64,000 nt of DNA, from contig NW_002060987.1 of assembly GCF_000150275.1 (NCBI RefSeq), forward strand, positions 23,926 to 87,925. Direction: 5' to 3'. Shown piece after piece: positions 41,601 to 55,917 of this stretch. This DNA comes from Trichoplax adhaerens (lineage: Eukaryota > Animalia > Placozoa). Both the position numbers and the translations under genes were made by a program. Each line of letters begins with the position of its first letter. The stretch's first letter is position 1. Under the pieces are notes generated by a model, which saw only the letters and a program-made list of their open reading frames with translations, was not told the origin of the DNA and ran no database searches.

Positions 41601-43317
41601 GATAATATTATTCATATGCACTGTTTTTATTTAAGTATATAGACTAAATGTTAAATAATCTTATTTAATATTATATATTTTATTTAGGTGTATTTGCCAT
41701 GCGTACTACAAACGAAAAAACGCTATGTTGGATTTGCATATGAAAAAGAAGATCAATTTGAACCAATTTACGATGCAAAAGGAATAGAAACTGTTCGCAG
41801 AGATGGCTGTCCAGCTGTTGCGAAAGTATATATATGTCTATTATCATAAAGAACTTAATTGAGGAGGCTGTATTAATTATGCAATCTAAATTGTTAACGA
41901 GAATATTTTTATCGCTGTCTACTTTTCAGATATTAGAAAAATCTATCAAGATGTTATTTATGCAACGAGATGTATCATTAATAAAGAAATTTGTATTGAG
42001 GCAATGTCAAAAATTAATTGATGGTAAAGCCAGCACAAAAGATTTTGTTATCGCTAAAGAATATCGTGGGCGTAGCTCATACAAACCGGGGGCTTGTGTT
42101 CCCTCATTGGAGATCTCAAAGTAGGTTCAACGGAGGAATATAGCTCACAGTTACGGATGATAAATAGTACTAGCTGTTAATGCAAAGGATATTGAAACTA
42201 ATGAAGTGTTCTATATTATGAAACTTTAGGAAATTACTAGCTACTGATAAGCGGGCTGAACCGCGAGTTGGTGAACGTGTACCGTATGTTGTGGTATATG
42301 GAATGCCCGGCTTGCCATTGATACGTTTGGTTCGAAGGTAAAGGAGTTAATACAGTAATAGCTGCTCTAGTTCGTCAATTATAGTATTCATTAAGTCGTT
42401 ATATATTTTTAATACTGACCGTATTTTTGGCTACTATGATAGGCCTATTGAATTCTTAAGCGATCCAAGTTTAAGGTTAAATGCAGCATATTACATTACG
42501 AAACAAATTCTTCCCCCTCTTAATAGAATATTTTCGCTTATCGGTGTCGATACAAATGCATGGTGAGCAATTCATTGCGTAAAAAGTTACCTTCATAAAA
42601 TCCTACGTTTAACAATATTATCTAAATCCTAGTCATATAGCATAATTATATTCGAATATATTATAAGTAGTTAGGTCTCTTTTTAACTTGATAAACGTAA
42701 AATTTGAATTAGACATTTTTTACCTTGCTTTGTTCTATCTTTTAGGTATAATGAATTACCGAGATCCCTCCGTTCGGCGGCTTTTGTCCCTCAAAGTAAC
42801 GATCTAATTCAAAAGGTTTGTCTTTGTCCTCATAATACTTATAAAGTTGTTGATTATCTATCAATTCGTTATTAATAGTTTATATGTGAACATTTTAGGC
42901 CACAATCTCTCAATATTTTAATAGTTTAAGATGTCCTATATGTGAAATTGTTACAAATCATGGTATTTGCTGTAAATGTCAATCTGATCCTCAGAAGGCC
43001 ATTTTATTAATACAAGATCGTCTACGCTTGATGGAACGTGCTCATTGCAAGATGAAGGAGGTAATGATCTTAAACAGTAACCGGTATACCATTAAATGAT
43101 TCAAATTAATCATTTGTGGTACTTAAATTTATTGTGTACTAAGTAGATCATTATCATTTCATAGTTATGTTATCAATGCATTGGGGTTCGCCTTTGTGAT
43201 GTCCAATGTGAATCATTGGATTGTCCTATTTTATTTAAAGTACTGAAGGCAAAGCACGAATTAGTACAAGCTTCGCATTTACGAAAAGTGATTGAAGTAT
43301 TTTCTAGCAGAAGTTAA
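32665..43317 (+). CDS. REV3L: DNA polymerase zeta catalytic subunit, copy 1 (apparent local lesions at 38643 and 38680)
   Basis: [84 protein letters not shown] (motif A), [15 protein letters not shown] (motif B), YGDTDS (motif C), KKRYVG, and C-terminal CysA/CysB clusters. Stop at 43315-43317. Confidence 0.92.
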
Positions 43318-44699
43318 GTTTTGGGAGTCACTAATTTCTTACATAATTTACTAATCTCTAGAAATGAAATTTCTAGATTAAATTATTAGCTCTTTAAGAT
43401 GTTTTTGTTTAATTTATATTATTGGACAGATAGGAAAATAACCTAGTTTGGCCAGTATTTAATCTAAGTCAACATTTTATTTTATATTTTAACTAGCCGA
43501 ATCCACACACCCAGTTGTGTATTAAACATATCTATTACATAGTCAGATCAGATCAATATTGGATCTAAAATTTTATTTAGAGCGGTAAAACCGCTTTATG
43601 CCTTGCTCTGTAAACTACATGAAGCATGTATCTGAATTACTGATGCATATTTTAGCATAAGGAGAAAGTAGTGCATGCGCTACCGTGCTTCTTATCTCAT
43701 AGGGCATGCATTTATTTTATTATAAGAGCAATCGATTCATCGAACGTTCTACCTAGTGTATTTCCAGTTAGCTTAATTGTTTGGCTAATGAAATAATTTT
43801 GTCAATATAATGTTGATGTACTGTCTATTTATTGTTTCCATCTTCATTTTAATTATGTCACTATATCTCCTTTTATATTATTTGTTAATTATTATTTATT
43901 TATTACTTCTCATTTATCAAGATCATAAAATTATTTTCAGCTTCTCAATATGTGTAGATCGTCTAGATCCTAAATTACTCGACTTCTTAATGATCTCAAT
44001 ACTTGAAAATAGCTTTACTACTAATTAAAATCATTTGCAGTTTCGATAGGCACATCGCCTCCATCGTAGGTTACTCGTCTACTATATTATCTCCATACAT
44101 GAAAATAATCTTGCAACTATTGGAGATCGTCGAATCTGTAGGAGTGTTTTGATATGTACTGTAGTTCAATATCCTTTTCATATGACTAATTTGACAAGGA
44201 GGTACGAAGTGCCTTGTGGTGTTTGCTATAATCAATTTTTGTATCATTTAAAGTCAGTTACAGCTGCTTGACCCTGATGAAACTTTAACCCGAATAATTG
44301 TAACCGGTTAAAATGAATTCAGAATTGATTGTGGTAGACATGACTAGAAATTTCGTACCTTGATGAATATCAGAGGAACGGTACATATTTTTTTGTTTAC
44401 TTCAATACTTTAGAAAGTAAAGACATGAACTGTCGTTACGGTACGGTATAGTGCTCGAGTAAGAAGAAAAAGTTTCTTTACTTCTATGACAGCACCATAG
44501 ATGCACAAAGAAAATGCCTTAGAAGTTAGAACTTTGAATAGGGCGTAGTTTTTCTTGAAGTGCAGGAGAATGAAAGATACTTAACTGGTAAACTACAGCC
44601 TTGATCTAGCCTAGACTAAGTCCATGATTATGAATTAGATGTATTGCCTATACTGTAAGACCAATTAATTAATTATTCGATCCGTCATTTCGTTCCGGA

Positions 44700-44800
44700 T
44701 ACTGTCAACTACAGTGCACAGTACTCTAATTTACAATACATTTTACTGTACAGTACTGTACTAAACGTGAGCATGATTAAACGTACAGTACAGTACTGTA
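44700..44800. repeat. TACAG/CTGTA cluster upstream of REV3L copy 2
   Basis: TACTGTACAGTACTGTAC and GTACAGTACAGTACTGTA. An equivalent patch precedes copy 1 at 32170-32225. Confidence 0.65.
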
Positions 44801-45197
44801 TTTCGAATATTACAAATACTACCTAGCCAAATCGTGGAGGCCATCATCGCTGATTAGAGCAAGGCTGATTTCGTTGTATAATATATTCTTCATGTTATTG
44901 GGCTATTTAGGAATCCTTGATATTGTTAAGATATAGATTGATCAGAGGTAGAATAATTGTAGTATTAACGTATGGTGAAATATTGCATCAATGGTTCTAC
45001 TGTATTACCAGCCTTTTAAGGTACAGATAGATGGAGGTCCATGAATTGCAAGAAAGGAAAATTAGTCTCCGATTAAACCTTGGAGTAGCAAGCCAACATG
45101 ACAGTCGTGACTTATTGTAGAAGTGTTCAGGTGTCCAAGATTGACAGCAAATAGTCATTTCTTGGAAGAGTATTCGGAATATTAATCCGTTGCCATA

Positions 45198-48100
45198 ATG
45201 TTCTCAATCAGAATTTTTACTATCGATTTCTATATGAGTAGACCGGTGCCTAAGCTGGATGTTTGTTATTCACCATTTCGTAAGACATCGGTCAAGCGTG
45301 TACCTATTTTGCGAGTATTCGGTCCAACACCAGCTGGTCAAAAAGCATGTTTACACATTCATGGTGTTTTCCCTTACTTATACGTTCCTTATGATGGCTC
45401 ACAACCTGTTGATAAGTACTTAGAAGAATTTGCTCTTAGTATTGATAAAGCAATTAACGCCTCAATGAGTGAGTCTAATGCAGCTTCCAGTAATTCGTGG
45501 CATCAGCAAACGGTCTTTAAAATATCGCTTGTTAATGGAGTGTAAGTATTTCATTTTTTGTGCATTTTAGTATCCATTTAGAATATGCTTTCGTTGTACT
45601 TGGCTTATGTAGGACAGTACTTGGGATGAGATATTCCTAACTCATATGATCGAGTAGGTTATTGACAATGTCCAATGTACAGTACTGTACTTTATATAAC
45701 ACTAGTAACGTTTGACCACTGATGATGTCATTGTTGGCAAATTTCATCCATTCTCTTTCATAACTATCATATGATATAGGAAGCTAAGTACAGTATAGTT
45801 ATGTTTGACTGTAACTCAATTTTCTTTGGTTCGATAGGCCAATGTATGGTTATAATCCAAGCCCTAGGCCCTTTTTAAAAATTTACATTTATAACCCTAA
45901 CCTGGTGGGCAAGTATGTGAATTATGTGACTTTGCATAAGTGCAGTATGAATTAAGATAACTTAAACTCATGCTATAGAATATATTTTTTGCAGTGCATA
46001 TTCACATGAACGTATAGTGCAGTTATTACTGAAGTGATACAAAGTATTAAAATTAGCTACGCTCTCTGGGCTACTGTAATGCATCATTCGTAATTGAACG
46101 CATTTTCATTAATAAAACGGTATTGATCTTGAAGAATTGCAGATTTGCTCTTAACTGGAGCTGTCATGAATAAAGTCTTTCAACCTCATGAAGCTCACCT
46201 GCCATTTACATTACAGGTAAAAAGATATAAAGTCTTTATATGGTTAATAGTGAAGATAATACTTCATCTTTCTCATTCAGTAATGTACTATTGCAATGTT
46301 ATCACATTCGAAATTTAAATGTAATCCCACTTTAAGTTAATTTAATGGAAAAATGCGCACGATATCATTGGATCTAATGCTGTAATATATATGTTCTCTC
46401 ATGCATAACGTTATAAACAACTCATCACTAACTCCGAGTATCTCTAAAACAATACACTGTATGGCACTGTACTGTATCTTATATATACTTGAGATTTATA
46501 ATTAAAGCACTACAAAATAATTACTGTTATAGTAGACTAGCATTATGCGATGAAAATAGTCCACGTAATTTAGAAAGTTATAACATAACACCATGTGGTA
46601 TCTGCTGTGGAAATCTATTAATACTCATAGGTTTTGTATGACGAAGTAAAAACAAATTAAAATGGAGTGGATAATATAATTGATGGAACTGGCCCTTTAC
46701 CTTTATTTTTGGCTTAATATTATTTTTCCAAGTTTTTCATCGATTACAACCTCTATGGAATGAATTGGATTAAGTTAAATGCCGTAAAATTCAGGATAAC
46801 GGATGATATACAAGGTAGCACTGCTCTGAATTGATATTTAGCGTAATAAAATATGCGAGATAATTTGTAGCCAAGGAAATTCCTTTCGTTTTCCTTACAG
46901 ATATGATGTCATCAGAGATGACCGATTTATTCGTTGTGGATAATTGTTCCTTGCCATCGACTGCTCTACAACCTTATCTCACTCCAGGTGAAAAGATTTG
47001 GAACAATCAAACTATCTCTGAGTAAGTAATACACTATAAACGACTAATACTTGTTAATGCAATATCCGGCTTGTGCCTTGGTAAAAGCTGTGTGTTAATT
47101 TTTATTGTTAGTCCAAGTTAGCTAGATAATGTGATATTATTTTAATATTGCTCTATGGAAATTGATATAATTAACTATCGTACTACGTGTTAGTTAAAAC
47201 GCTATAAATCTTTTGCATGAACAGGCAAGATTGTTTAAGTGAATTAGAACGTACCAGCAGCTGTGAAGTAGAAGTCGATGCTGTTGCGGCTGATATTATC
47301 AATCGGCATGATTTAATAAGTATGTATCTTATGGCTGATAGAGCCATACTGTTCACTATTAGATCTGAACAGTGCTTTCTGCGTAATTAGATCAGGTTGG
47401 TATTAACCCTGGAATTCAAGCCTTGTGGGATGATGAACGACAACGACGACATGATAGAAATGAGTCTTCTCAGTTAATAAAAAATCCTTCCCAAGGTTAA
47501 CCTTACTTTAAGAATTCAGCTTAAAAGTGATACTGCCACTTATGAGAACATCATCCTTAGCATCAGGGTGATCATCAATAAATTCATGCATTTTTGTGAT
47601 TATATAGAACGAGAAGATCCTGTTGTTTTAGAGACTGAACAGCTTTTCCTGAAGCAGATTGATAAAATTATCTATGGTTATGATGAAGCACTTAAGTAGG
47701 TTTGCAATTTTTTTGTATTTGTTACAAATTTGTTACTTGAACGCACTTTGATTTACACTAAAGAGAAGCAATTTCTACAACAGGAATGAGAATTACGTAA
47801 AAAAAGATGATTCTATTCAAGTCAATGTAACTGCAGCATTAGCTTTTGGGAACGATGCTCATACGATTCAGTCTGGTACATTTTTGTGATTAATTAGATG
47901 TTATAACGCCTTTATGATCGACAATATTTTGAAGTAACAAGACAGAATCTTTGACGATACGCATATTGAAATTGGATATTTTATGCAATATTGTTATTAT
48001 TATTAATAAAGATTCGTTAATAATATTCCACTTGATTAGACAAAGACAGTTACGACATTTGTCAAGCTGATGACAGCCAGTTTGTTAAACCATCTGAATT

Positions 48101-51100
48101 AAACTCAAGTTTGAATGAAACTATAGACCTTTACGAAGGTACTTGTATATTGTTCCTTGCCGACGAGAAATGCCTTGTTAGCTGGATAAATTTAACCGCT
48201 TCATTACTTTACAGATGAGGGCTCTATTGATCCGGATCTAGTCCAACTTGTTGCAGGTTTGGCAGACGACATTTCTAGTAGTCAAATATGTGAGACCATA
48301 CCTGATGATGGCGAAGTTAGTGTTCTCTACGGTAGCGGTGCTATTAATGACTCCATGTCTGACGAAAAGCTGCGGTTGGAAAAGGAGGAATTAGAGGAAA
48401 GTCTGGAAATGTCTCAGGCGTGGAATTGTAAAAGTACCATTACAGAAAACTTGAACGATTCGTAAGTATTGCATAAAGTCAATGCTACAAAATTAGATTT
48501 ATTTTAGCCGCAAAGAAAAGTACTTCTACTTGAGTACCAAGAATTACGTACTTCTGGCATATTATGTTATCAAAGATATGCTTATTAACCTAAAGCCATT
48601 TTAATTTTGTAGGTTAAGCTCTCAAAATATGTTATTTACTTCTCCGGAATCTACCTCTGGCGATGCAAGTCATATATTCCAGCTAGATGGCGCAGACGAT
48701 TCTTCGTCAACGGAGAGTCTAGAAGATGCTGCAAGTGATTTATCAAGTAATGACCAACCAGTTACGCATAAGTTAGCAGATAGTTTGACCAAATTGAAGA
48801 GAATTCGCAGGAAAAGCTCGGTAGTCAACCAGATGGTGGCATCTATACCTGTGACTCCAGGCAAAGATGATAAATCGTTAGACATTCCGCATCGATCGCA
48901 ACAATCCGATCATGAAAGTAAAATAAATCGCAAAAGAAAATTGCAACCAATAGTAGCCGTTGCACAAATTATTTCTGGTAAAGGTAATACAAAATTACCG
49001 ATCGAATCAACTAATCAGAAAGTGACGTCCACTGCTCAAACAGATGATGAAAAAAGCTTAGCGGTAGCAAAGATAAAATCTGTACCAGTTCTCAAATTTT
49101 TAGATAAGAATACAAAAACTGATATTTTTGACGGAACATTCGATTCTCAAATGAGGGATGAGTTGGTAGTTGATGATATGCAAAGTTTAGAAAAGTCGGA
49201 TCATTCGTTAAGCGCGAGTCAGGTACAAAGTCCTAGCAAGAAATTAAAGGGACAAGGTATTGACGATAGGACAATGAAAAGTTGTGATTTTAATTTTGAT
49301 GAACAAATGAGAAGAGATTTTCGTGTTGATAAAAACACCGCTAATATTCATGGGAAGAAACAACCTTTAGCAACTCAACGTGGTAACGCGACATTGATGC
49401 GCTATTTTAGCAAGGTCACAAAGGTGCAACAGGACGGTCATTCTGAGGTGGCAACCCCGACCAATTTAAATCAAACTTTAGGAAAGCAGGATGACATAAC
49501 CAGTACAATAAATGATACTTCAAATACGACTGCAGTAGCATCAAATGCAAGTAATGACGAAAATTTATTGCATAGTCCAGCTGAATCATTGCTATGGTCA
49601 TCTCTTGGCTCTGGCAGTATTACATTTCCTACCTGTAATAATAGGACTACGTCAGAAGATGTCATGGTCAACTTATCATTTCCGTCTCCAATACATAGCT
49701 CGCCTAATAGTAATACACCGCCATTAGCGAATTCTCCGAATCAACATAGCAATACCAGCGATAGCTACTTTGTTGGAAGGGCAGCATCGCAAATAGGAGA
49801 GAATATGCATCATCATAATGAAAGTCAACTTGAATTATGTGAAAGTTTAGAGCCGTTGTCTTCATTTGGTTCAGTTCGTGAAGGTAATGATGCTCATGAT
49901 ACTACATTAGATTCTGATATTCGGCCAGTTTTGACCAGTTCCCTAGAAGATAAGAAATCACAGCTTTCGAGTGCTCTACCTGTGAAAATTCAAACTGATA
50001 TTAGTTATAGGAATCTCTGCTACAGGTTAATAAAAGAACTTAACTGAAAATTCTACATTTATCTATTTTGTATTTCTCTACCACAAAAGATATCTTTTTA
50101 CGACAAATTGCTTCTTTAATAGCCTACCTTTAAATGAATCTGGTGTTTGGAGACCGAATTGCGATCCACCGTCAAAAGAAGATATCTTGTCAACTTGCTC
50201 ACAAGTTGGTGTACTAGGGGCTAAATTTGTTGAACCATATTGTAGTGAGGCGGTAGATATACCTCGGCGACCAAAGTAAGATTTATTTGAGAAAGGAGTA
50301 TTTAATGTTAAATCCAAATAAAAGTCGAAGAATACGGTAGTGTTTCAACGTGTTTATGCATGTATTTAAATTATTACTTAACTAAATAGCATCATTGTAA
50401 TTAATGTGTACAGAGAAATTCAAGGCCGATTTTTGAGAGTTAAATCAGATAAGGTTAGTTGTGTGAGTTAAAATGTTATAGACGATTGGAATGCCTTAAG
50501 CTTATACGGTATACTTCGCTTGCTCTTTCAAATATGTAACTTATATTGCACCTGGCCTTGATGGAAAGATTTCAGAGCTACCGAAATTCGAATCTGGAAA
50601 TAATAACACTGTATATATTAGTGGCTTAAGCCATTGGCAACTTATTTTAAGCAATAGCATTCATCCGTACTTACGTCATTTTATGAAATCAAGTTACAAT
50701 GACTTAAATTATGATCGTAAAGTGCCGAAGGAAATCCTCCCGGTAATTAACTCTGTGCGTAAAGCGGATGCAGTTATTACACCCTGTAAAGGTCCACCCA
50801 CTAGAAAATCTATTTGTAATGACATCGAAAAGAGATGGAAAAGTAGCAAAAAGGTAGTCAAATTAAGTGCGTCGACAGAATCGAAAGAACAGTTTTTACC
50901 TGAAGACTATTCGATAAACGTAAGTAATTTTAATATATTTCGGTCATTATAAATTTTACCTTACTTTAAACATCGGTGCCGTTTGTTTGTATATGCTATT
51001 TATTTAGTTTCAAGATGATACCAGAAAACTGAATCGTGTTAGGGGTCTCGATACACACGATTGTGATCTTGTGATACGAAGTAGTTTTCACAATCCAAAG

Positions 51101-54100
51101 GATGGAAAAGCTTCACGAGAGGTTTTTTTATCGTAATACTCTTCAATGATAATTAAATTAATTAATATATAATATAAATGCAGCCTTCGATGAGTTCAGC
51201 TTTAATACAACAGTAATGTTTTTCAATTAGGTTGAACATTTAACGACTTTAAGTTTGGAATTACATATTGGAACCAGGAAGGATTTGTCTCCTGATCCAG
51301 AATTCGATTCAGTTTTGGGGATATTTTATCATGTTCATAGAGATATTCCTGATGGTGATGCCTTAAGGAAAGAGATTACAGGAATGATTTTGGTCGATAC
51401 GAAATTGCAGAAGGTTCCATCATCCTTGCATGAGCATGATGAATTGAATATAGCTGATTTGGGTTTGACTAGCACACAAAAATCAGCGACGATAGATAAC
51501 GACCCAACAGTAGAAGAGGAACACCGCTCAAGTAGTAGCTTCAGGTCTCGTAAATCCCAGTACCAGAGACAATTGCTCGCGAGATGTGGTGTGAGTGATG
51601 TGATCGCAGAATATGTAGCGGATGAAATTTCCTTATTGCTAGCACTTGTTAGACTAATCAGAAGGTCATTATATATTTTAATCATGCTTACTTATGTTTT
51701 ATCCAGCAAGGCTAAATGCGATCTACACTGTTCTTTTCAGATGGGATCCAGACATCTTAGTCGGGTACGAAATTCAAATGTTGTCTTGGGGGTATTTGTT
51801 GCAGCGGAGTAAAAGTCTTCAAATCGATTTAGCGACTTTATTATCTAGAGTTCCATCTGTAAATAATAAATTTCAACTGGAGTTGGAAAATGATTTCCAG
51901 GCTAACTATAAGACTGATGTATTCATTGTTGGTAGAGTAATAGTCAATATTTGGCGTATTATGCGTTATGAGGTAGTTGTTCAAATTTTAGAACTAGCAA
52001 GTGAGGGAAGATCTTGAGATGGTTATCTATTTTGCCAGGTCGCGTTAAGAAGCTATACTTTTGAAAGTGTAATAGACCATGTTTTACATCGCCGACATGC
52101 ATTACATACTTTTCGCTCTTTGACGGATTGGTTTCATGATGATAGAAATCGGTAATTCTATCGTGATATTTAAGTTTAAAGTTCACCACATCGGCTGTTT
52201 TATATGATGACTATTTCATTGTAGGTGGCGCACCATAGAATATTACATTATTCGATGTCGTGGTAATTGGCGACTACTCGAAACCTTCGATATGATTGAT
52301 AGAAGCAGTGAATTCGCTCGGCTCTATGGTATTCAATTTTACTCTGTCCTTTCAAGAGGGAGTCAGGTATAAGTTAAAGCTACAGTTAACAAAATTTAAT
52401 GGAATGCAATAGTTGCAATTCTGTACCATGAAGTGTAAGGACTAACTTAATATCGTTTAGTTTCGTATTGAGTCGATGCTTCTTCGACTGGCGAAACCGA
52501 TGAATTATATTCCGGTGTCGGTTAGCGAGAAGCAGCGAACTTGGTAAGTTGATACTAGCACTCGATGTCGTCGAGTTTGGCTTTAACAATTTTTATTGCT
52601 ACTTGTAGTATGCAACTCATATGCAGTATATTAGGTATTTAAGCTTTAGATCAATTTAAAAGTTTCGTAAGATATTCATAGACAAGGCGTAAAATCATGC
52701 ATTTTGCGTACATGTAGGATGAAGGCCCCTGAAGTGATTCCATTAGTTATGGAACCAGAATCACGATTTTATTCGAATCCTGTGTTGGTTCTAGATTTTC
52801 AATCTTTATATCCATCTGTGATGATAGCATACAATTACTGTTATACCACTTGTCTTGGCCGCATTTCTGGAATTGCAACGTAATATGCATTTAATCTCAT
52901 TAATCGAAATTAATAATTGACAGGGCATTATCTTATAAATTTGAATATATTTAACACAATATAATAAATGTGTTTATAGGGATAAAGAATTTAAATTTGG
53001 CTGCACATCACACCAAGTTCCGTTGTCTTTGCTAAAGGTTAGCATCTAATTTGACGCCATGTGGATAAGTATTATTGCTACATGACTAACTTATCATCCT
53101 ACTTTAACGTGTATGTAATTGATATAGAAGCTACGAAATGATATAAGCATTGCACCATGTGGAGCAGTCTATGTAAAAGACCATATTCGAAAAGGCGTAA
53201 TACCGAGGTAAAAATGTTATATCCGTTTAAGTGCCTGTTAGCATTTATTTAGAATTTAATTGATTTAGGCTTTATTAAAGTTATGATTACATAGTTATAT
53301 ATATTTGCCGTATTGTTAGAATGTTGAAAGAAATATTAGACACACGTATCATGATAAAGCGAGCTATGAAGGATTGCAAAGATAATAAGGTGTGTATACG
53401 TACTTTATGTTGATCTTTTCTAAGCGCTTATTCTCAGTAGGAAATAGCTTGAGCACTTCGATTTTATTTCGCATTTAGTCACTTCATCGCCTCCTCGATA
53501 TACGACAGTTTGGTTTAAAAATGATAGCTAACGTAACATATGGGTATGCAGGGGCAACGTTCAGTGGTCGAATGCCGTTAATCGAGGTTTATGATAAGAT
53601 AGGTTTAGTGTAGTACTTTAGCACTTATAAGTTATGAAGGTATAGAAAAATCGCTTCTTGTTTGCATTTTTAATAGTTAGCTGACAGTATCGTCAGCAAA
53701 GCACGCGAAACTCTAGAACGTGCTATTAAGATTGTCAATACGACCAGTAAGTGGAATGCCAGAGTTGTATATGGTGATACAGACAGGTAAGTTTTTAGTA
53801 TGTCTTTATGAAGAAGTATAAATGAGCTAATAAACCAGAAACGTAACTTTGCAGTATGTTCGTACTGCTGGAGGGTGCAACCAAAGCTAGAGCTTTTGAA
53901 ATTGGTCGAGAAATTGCTGAGACTATCACATCTATGAATCCCAAGCCAGTAGCTTTAAAGTTCGAAAAGGTCTGCAAAATTAAAAAAATATATATTTATA
54001 AAATAAATATGAATAAATATTTTCGTAATTTTGGTGTCCAAATACTCTTTAGTTATTCGATGCTAATTTAATATTATGATTAGGTGTTTTTAAACTGTGC

Positions 54101-55917
54101 CATTCATCCACGGTTGATCTTAATGTCTTATAATAATATATTTTAATTGAGTTGGATTCATTATAAGCAGTAATAGGGTATTTACTATCTGTGTTAGGTA
54201 TTTTTACCCTCACTATTAATAACGAAAAAGCGGTATGTCGGCTACGCATATGAATCTGCCGACCAGAAAGAGCCTACTTTTGATGCTAAAGGTATCGAAA
54301 CTGTTCGAAGAGATGGTTGTCCTGCAGTGTCAAAGGTTATTTATTTATTAATTAATCCTGTGGCATTTCTGTAACTTTTAAAGATTAATTGTAAAAGGTC
54401 GTTGAATTATTTTATTTTATATTAGATCATGGAAAAAGCAATTAGGATACTATTCTCTAGACGTGATATGTCACTTGTCAAGAAATATGTATTGCATAAG
54501 TGTCGAATGCTTATAGAAGGCAAGGTCGCAATTAATGACTATGTTATCGCTAAAGAATATCGTGGCAAGAGCACCTACAAGCCGGGTGCTTGTGTGCCGG
54601 CTTTAGAAATCACCAAGTATGCTACTTGAGTACATATGATGAAATATCATTATAGTTTTCGCTCTAACTAGATAGTAGATTTTATCATAGTTACCAAATA
54701 AAAGATTTTGACGCTATGCATATGATTCTTTAATAGGCAGTTGCTGGCTCATGATAGACGATCAGAGCCTCGTATTGGAGAGCGCGTGCCATACGTCATC
54801 GTCTACGGTGTACCTGGAGTGCCATTAATTCGTCTCGTTAGAAGGTATCATGTACAGTGTATATACATTACTTATAGTTTAAAGAATTTTATGTTTTATG
54901 CAATAGTTGAAGTGTAAGCTAATAATTCAATTTATCGATTGTAATGCTGTTTTAATCAAGTTCTCTTTCACTTATTGGCTAGACCACGTGAACTTTTAAA
55001 TGACCCAAATTTACGCCTTAATGCCACTTATTACATCACCAAACAAATACTGCCAGCTTTAGACAGATTACTGTCTCTAATTGGCATTGATGTTGAAAGC
55101 TGGTATGAATGATGAAATGATTTGTTTTATTAATATTTTTATGTGACGAAATAATAGGACATAGAAGCTGTACTTACTGTATGCTTGGCGTTACCGTTAG
55201 AAACCGCCAATTAATTAATTAAGTATTAATACAGGCTCTAATCATATTCTTGAAACATGGATTGTTTGATTTTATTAGGCATGCTGAACTACCCAGATCC
55301 ATTCGATCAGACGTAATTAACCAGAGTCAGTTTCAGGTGGCAAAGGTATAACTGTAAAGCCACCCATAGGCGTGTTTATGTTGTATTGTACCTTTTAAGC
55401 CTACAACTATGTAACTTCCCGTTTTCGTGAAATTTCGTTTTACAGCAAGGGGTAATTTCACAATATTTTAGCAGCTTGCACTGCCTAGTTTGCGAGGAAA
55501 TGACTGTTGATGGTGTTTGCCCTTCGTGTATCCGAGATTCTCAAAAAGCAATCATGATTGCCCAGCAACGGATATCAGATTTTGAGAGAAAAAATCGTCA
55601 TCTTAAAGAGGTTGAACCTTTAGAAAATAGTTCATATTTGTATCAGTCAAATCTATTATGAAAAAAATGTATTATATGAAGGACGTCTTATTTGATTTCT
55701 AATTTGCTATTTATTGTGTTTGATTTCGTAGATATGCTGCAATTGTATTGGTCAACGTGTGATTAATGCTGAATGTATCTCTCTGGACTGTCCAATTCTG
55801 TTTGAAACTAAGCGAAACCAACGAGATGTTGATTGCATTCCGCGTTTGCGTGAATTTATATCGAAAATATCCACGATTGCTTGTAGTTCTATCGCTGAAG
55901 CACAAATTACAGGGTAA
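45198..55917 (+). CDS. REV3L: DNA polymerase zeta catalytic subunit, copy 2
   Basis: [101 protein letters not shown] and CCNC..CISLDCP. Intron positions parallel copy 1. Stop TAA at 55915-55917. No frameshift found while tracing exons. Confidence 0.93.

Noticed and set aside
32665-55917. REV3L pair as an uncollapsed haplotype or assembly artefact
   Set aside because: Introns and linkers are unalignable and conserved exons differ at many codons, far beyond allelic divergence.
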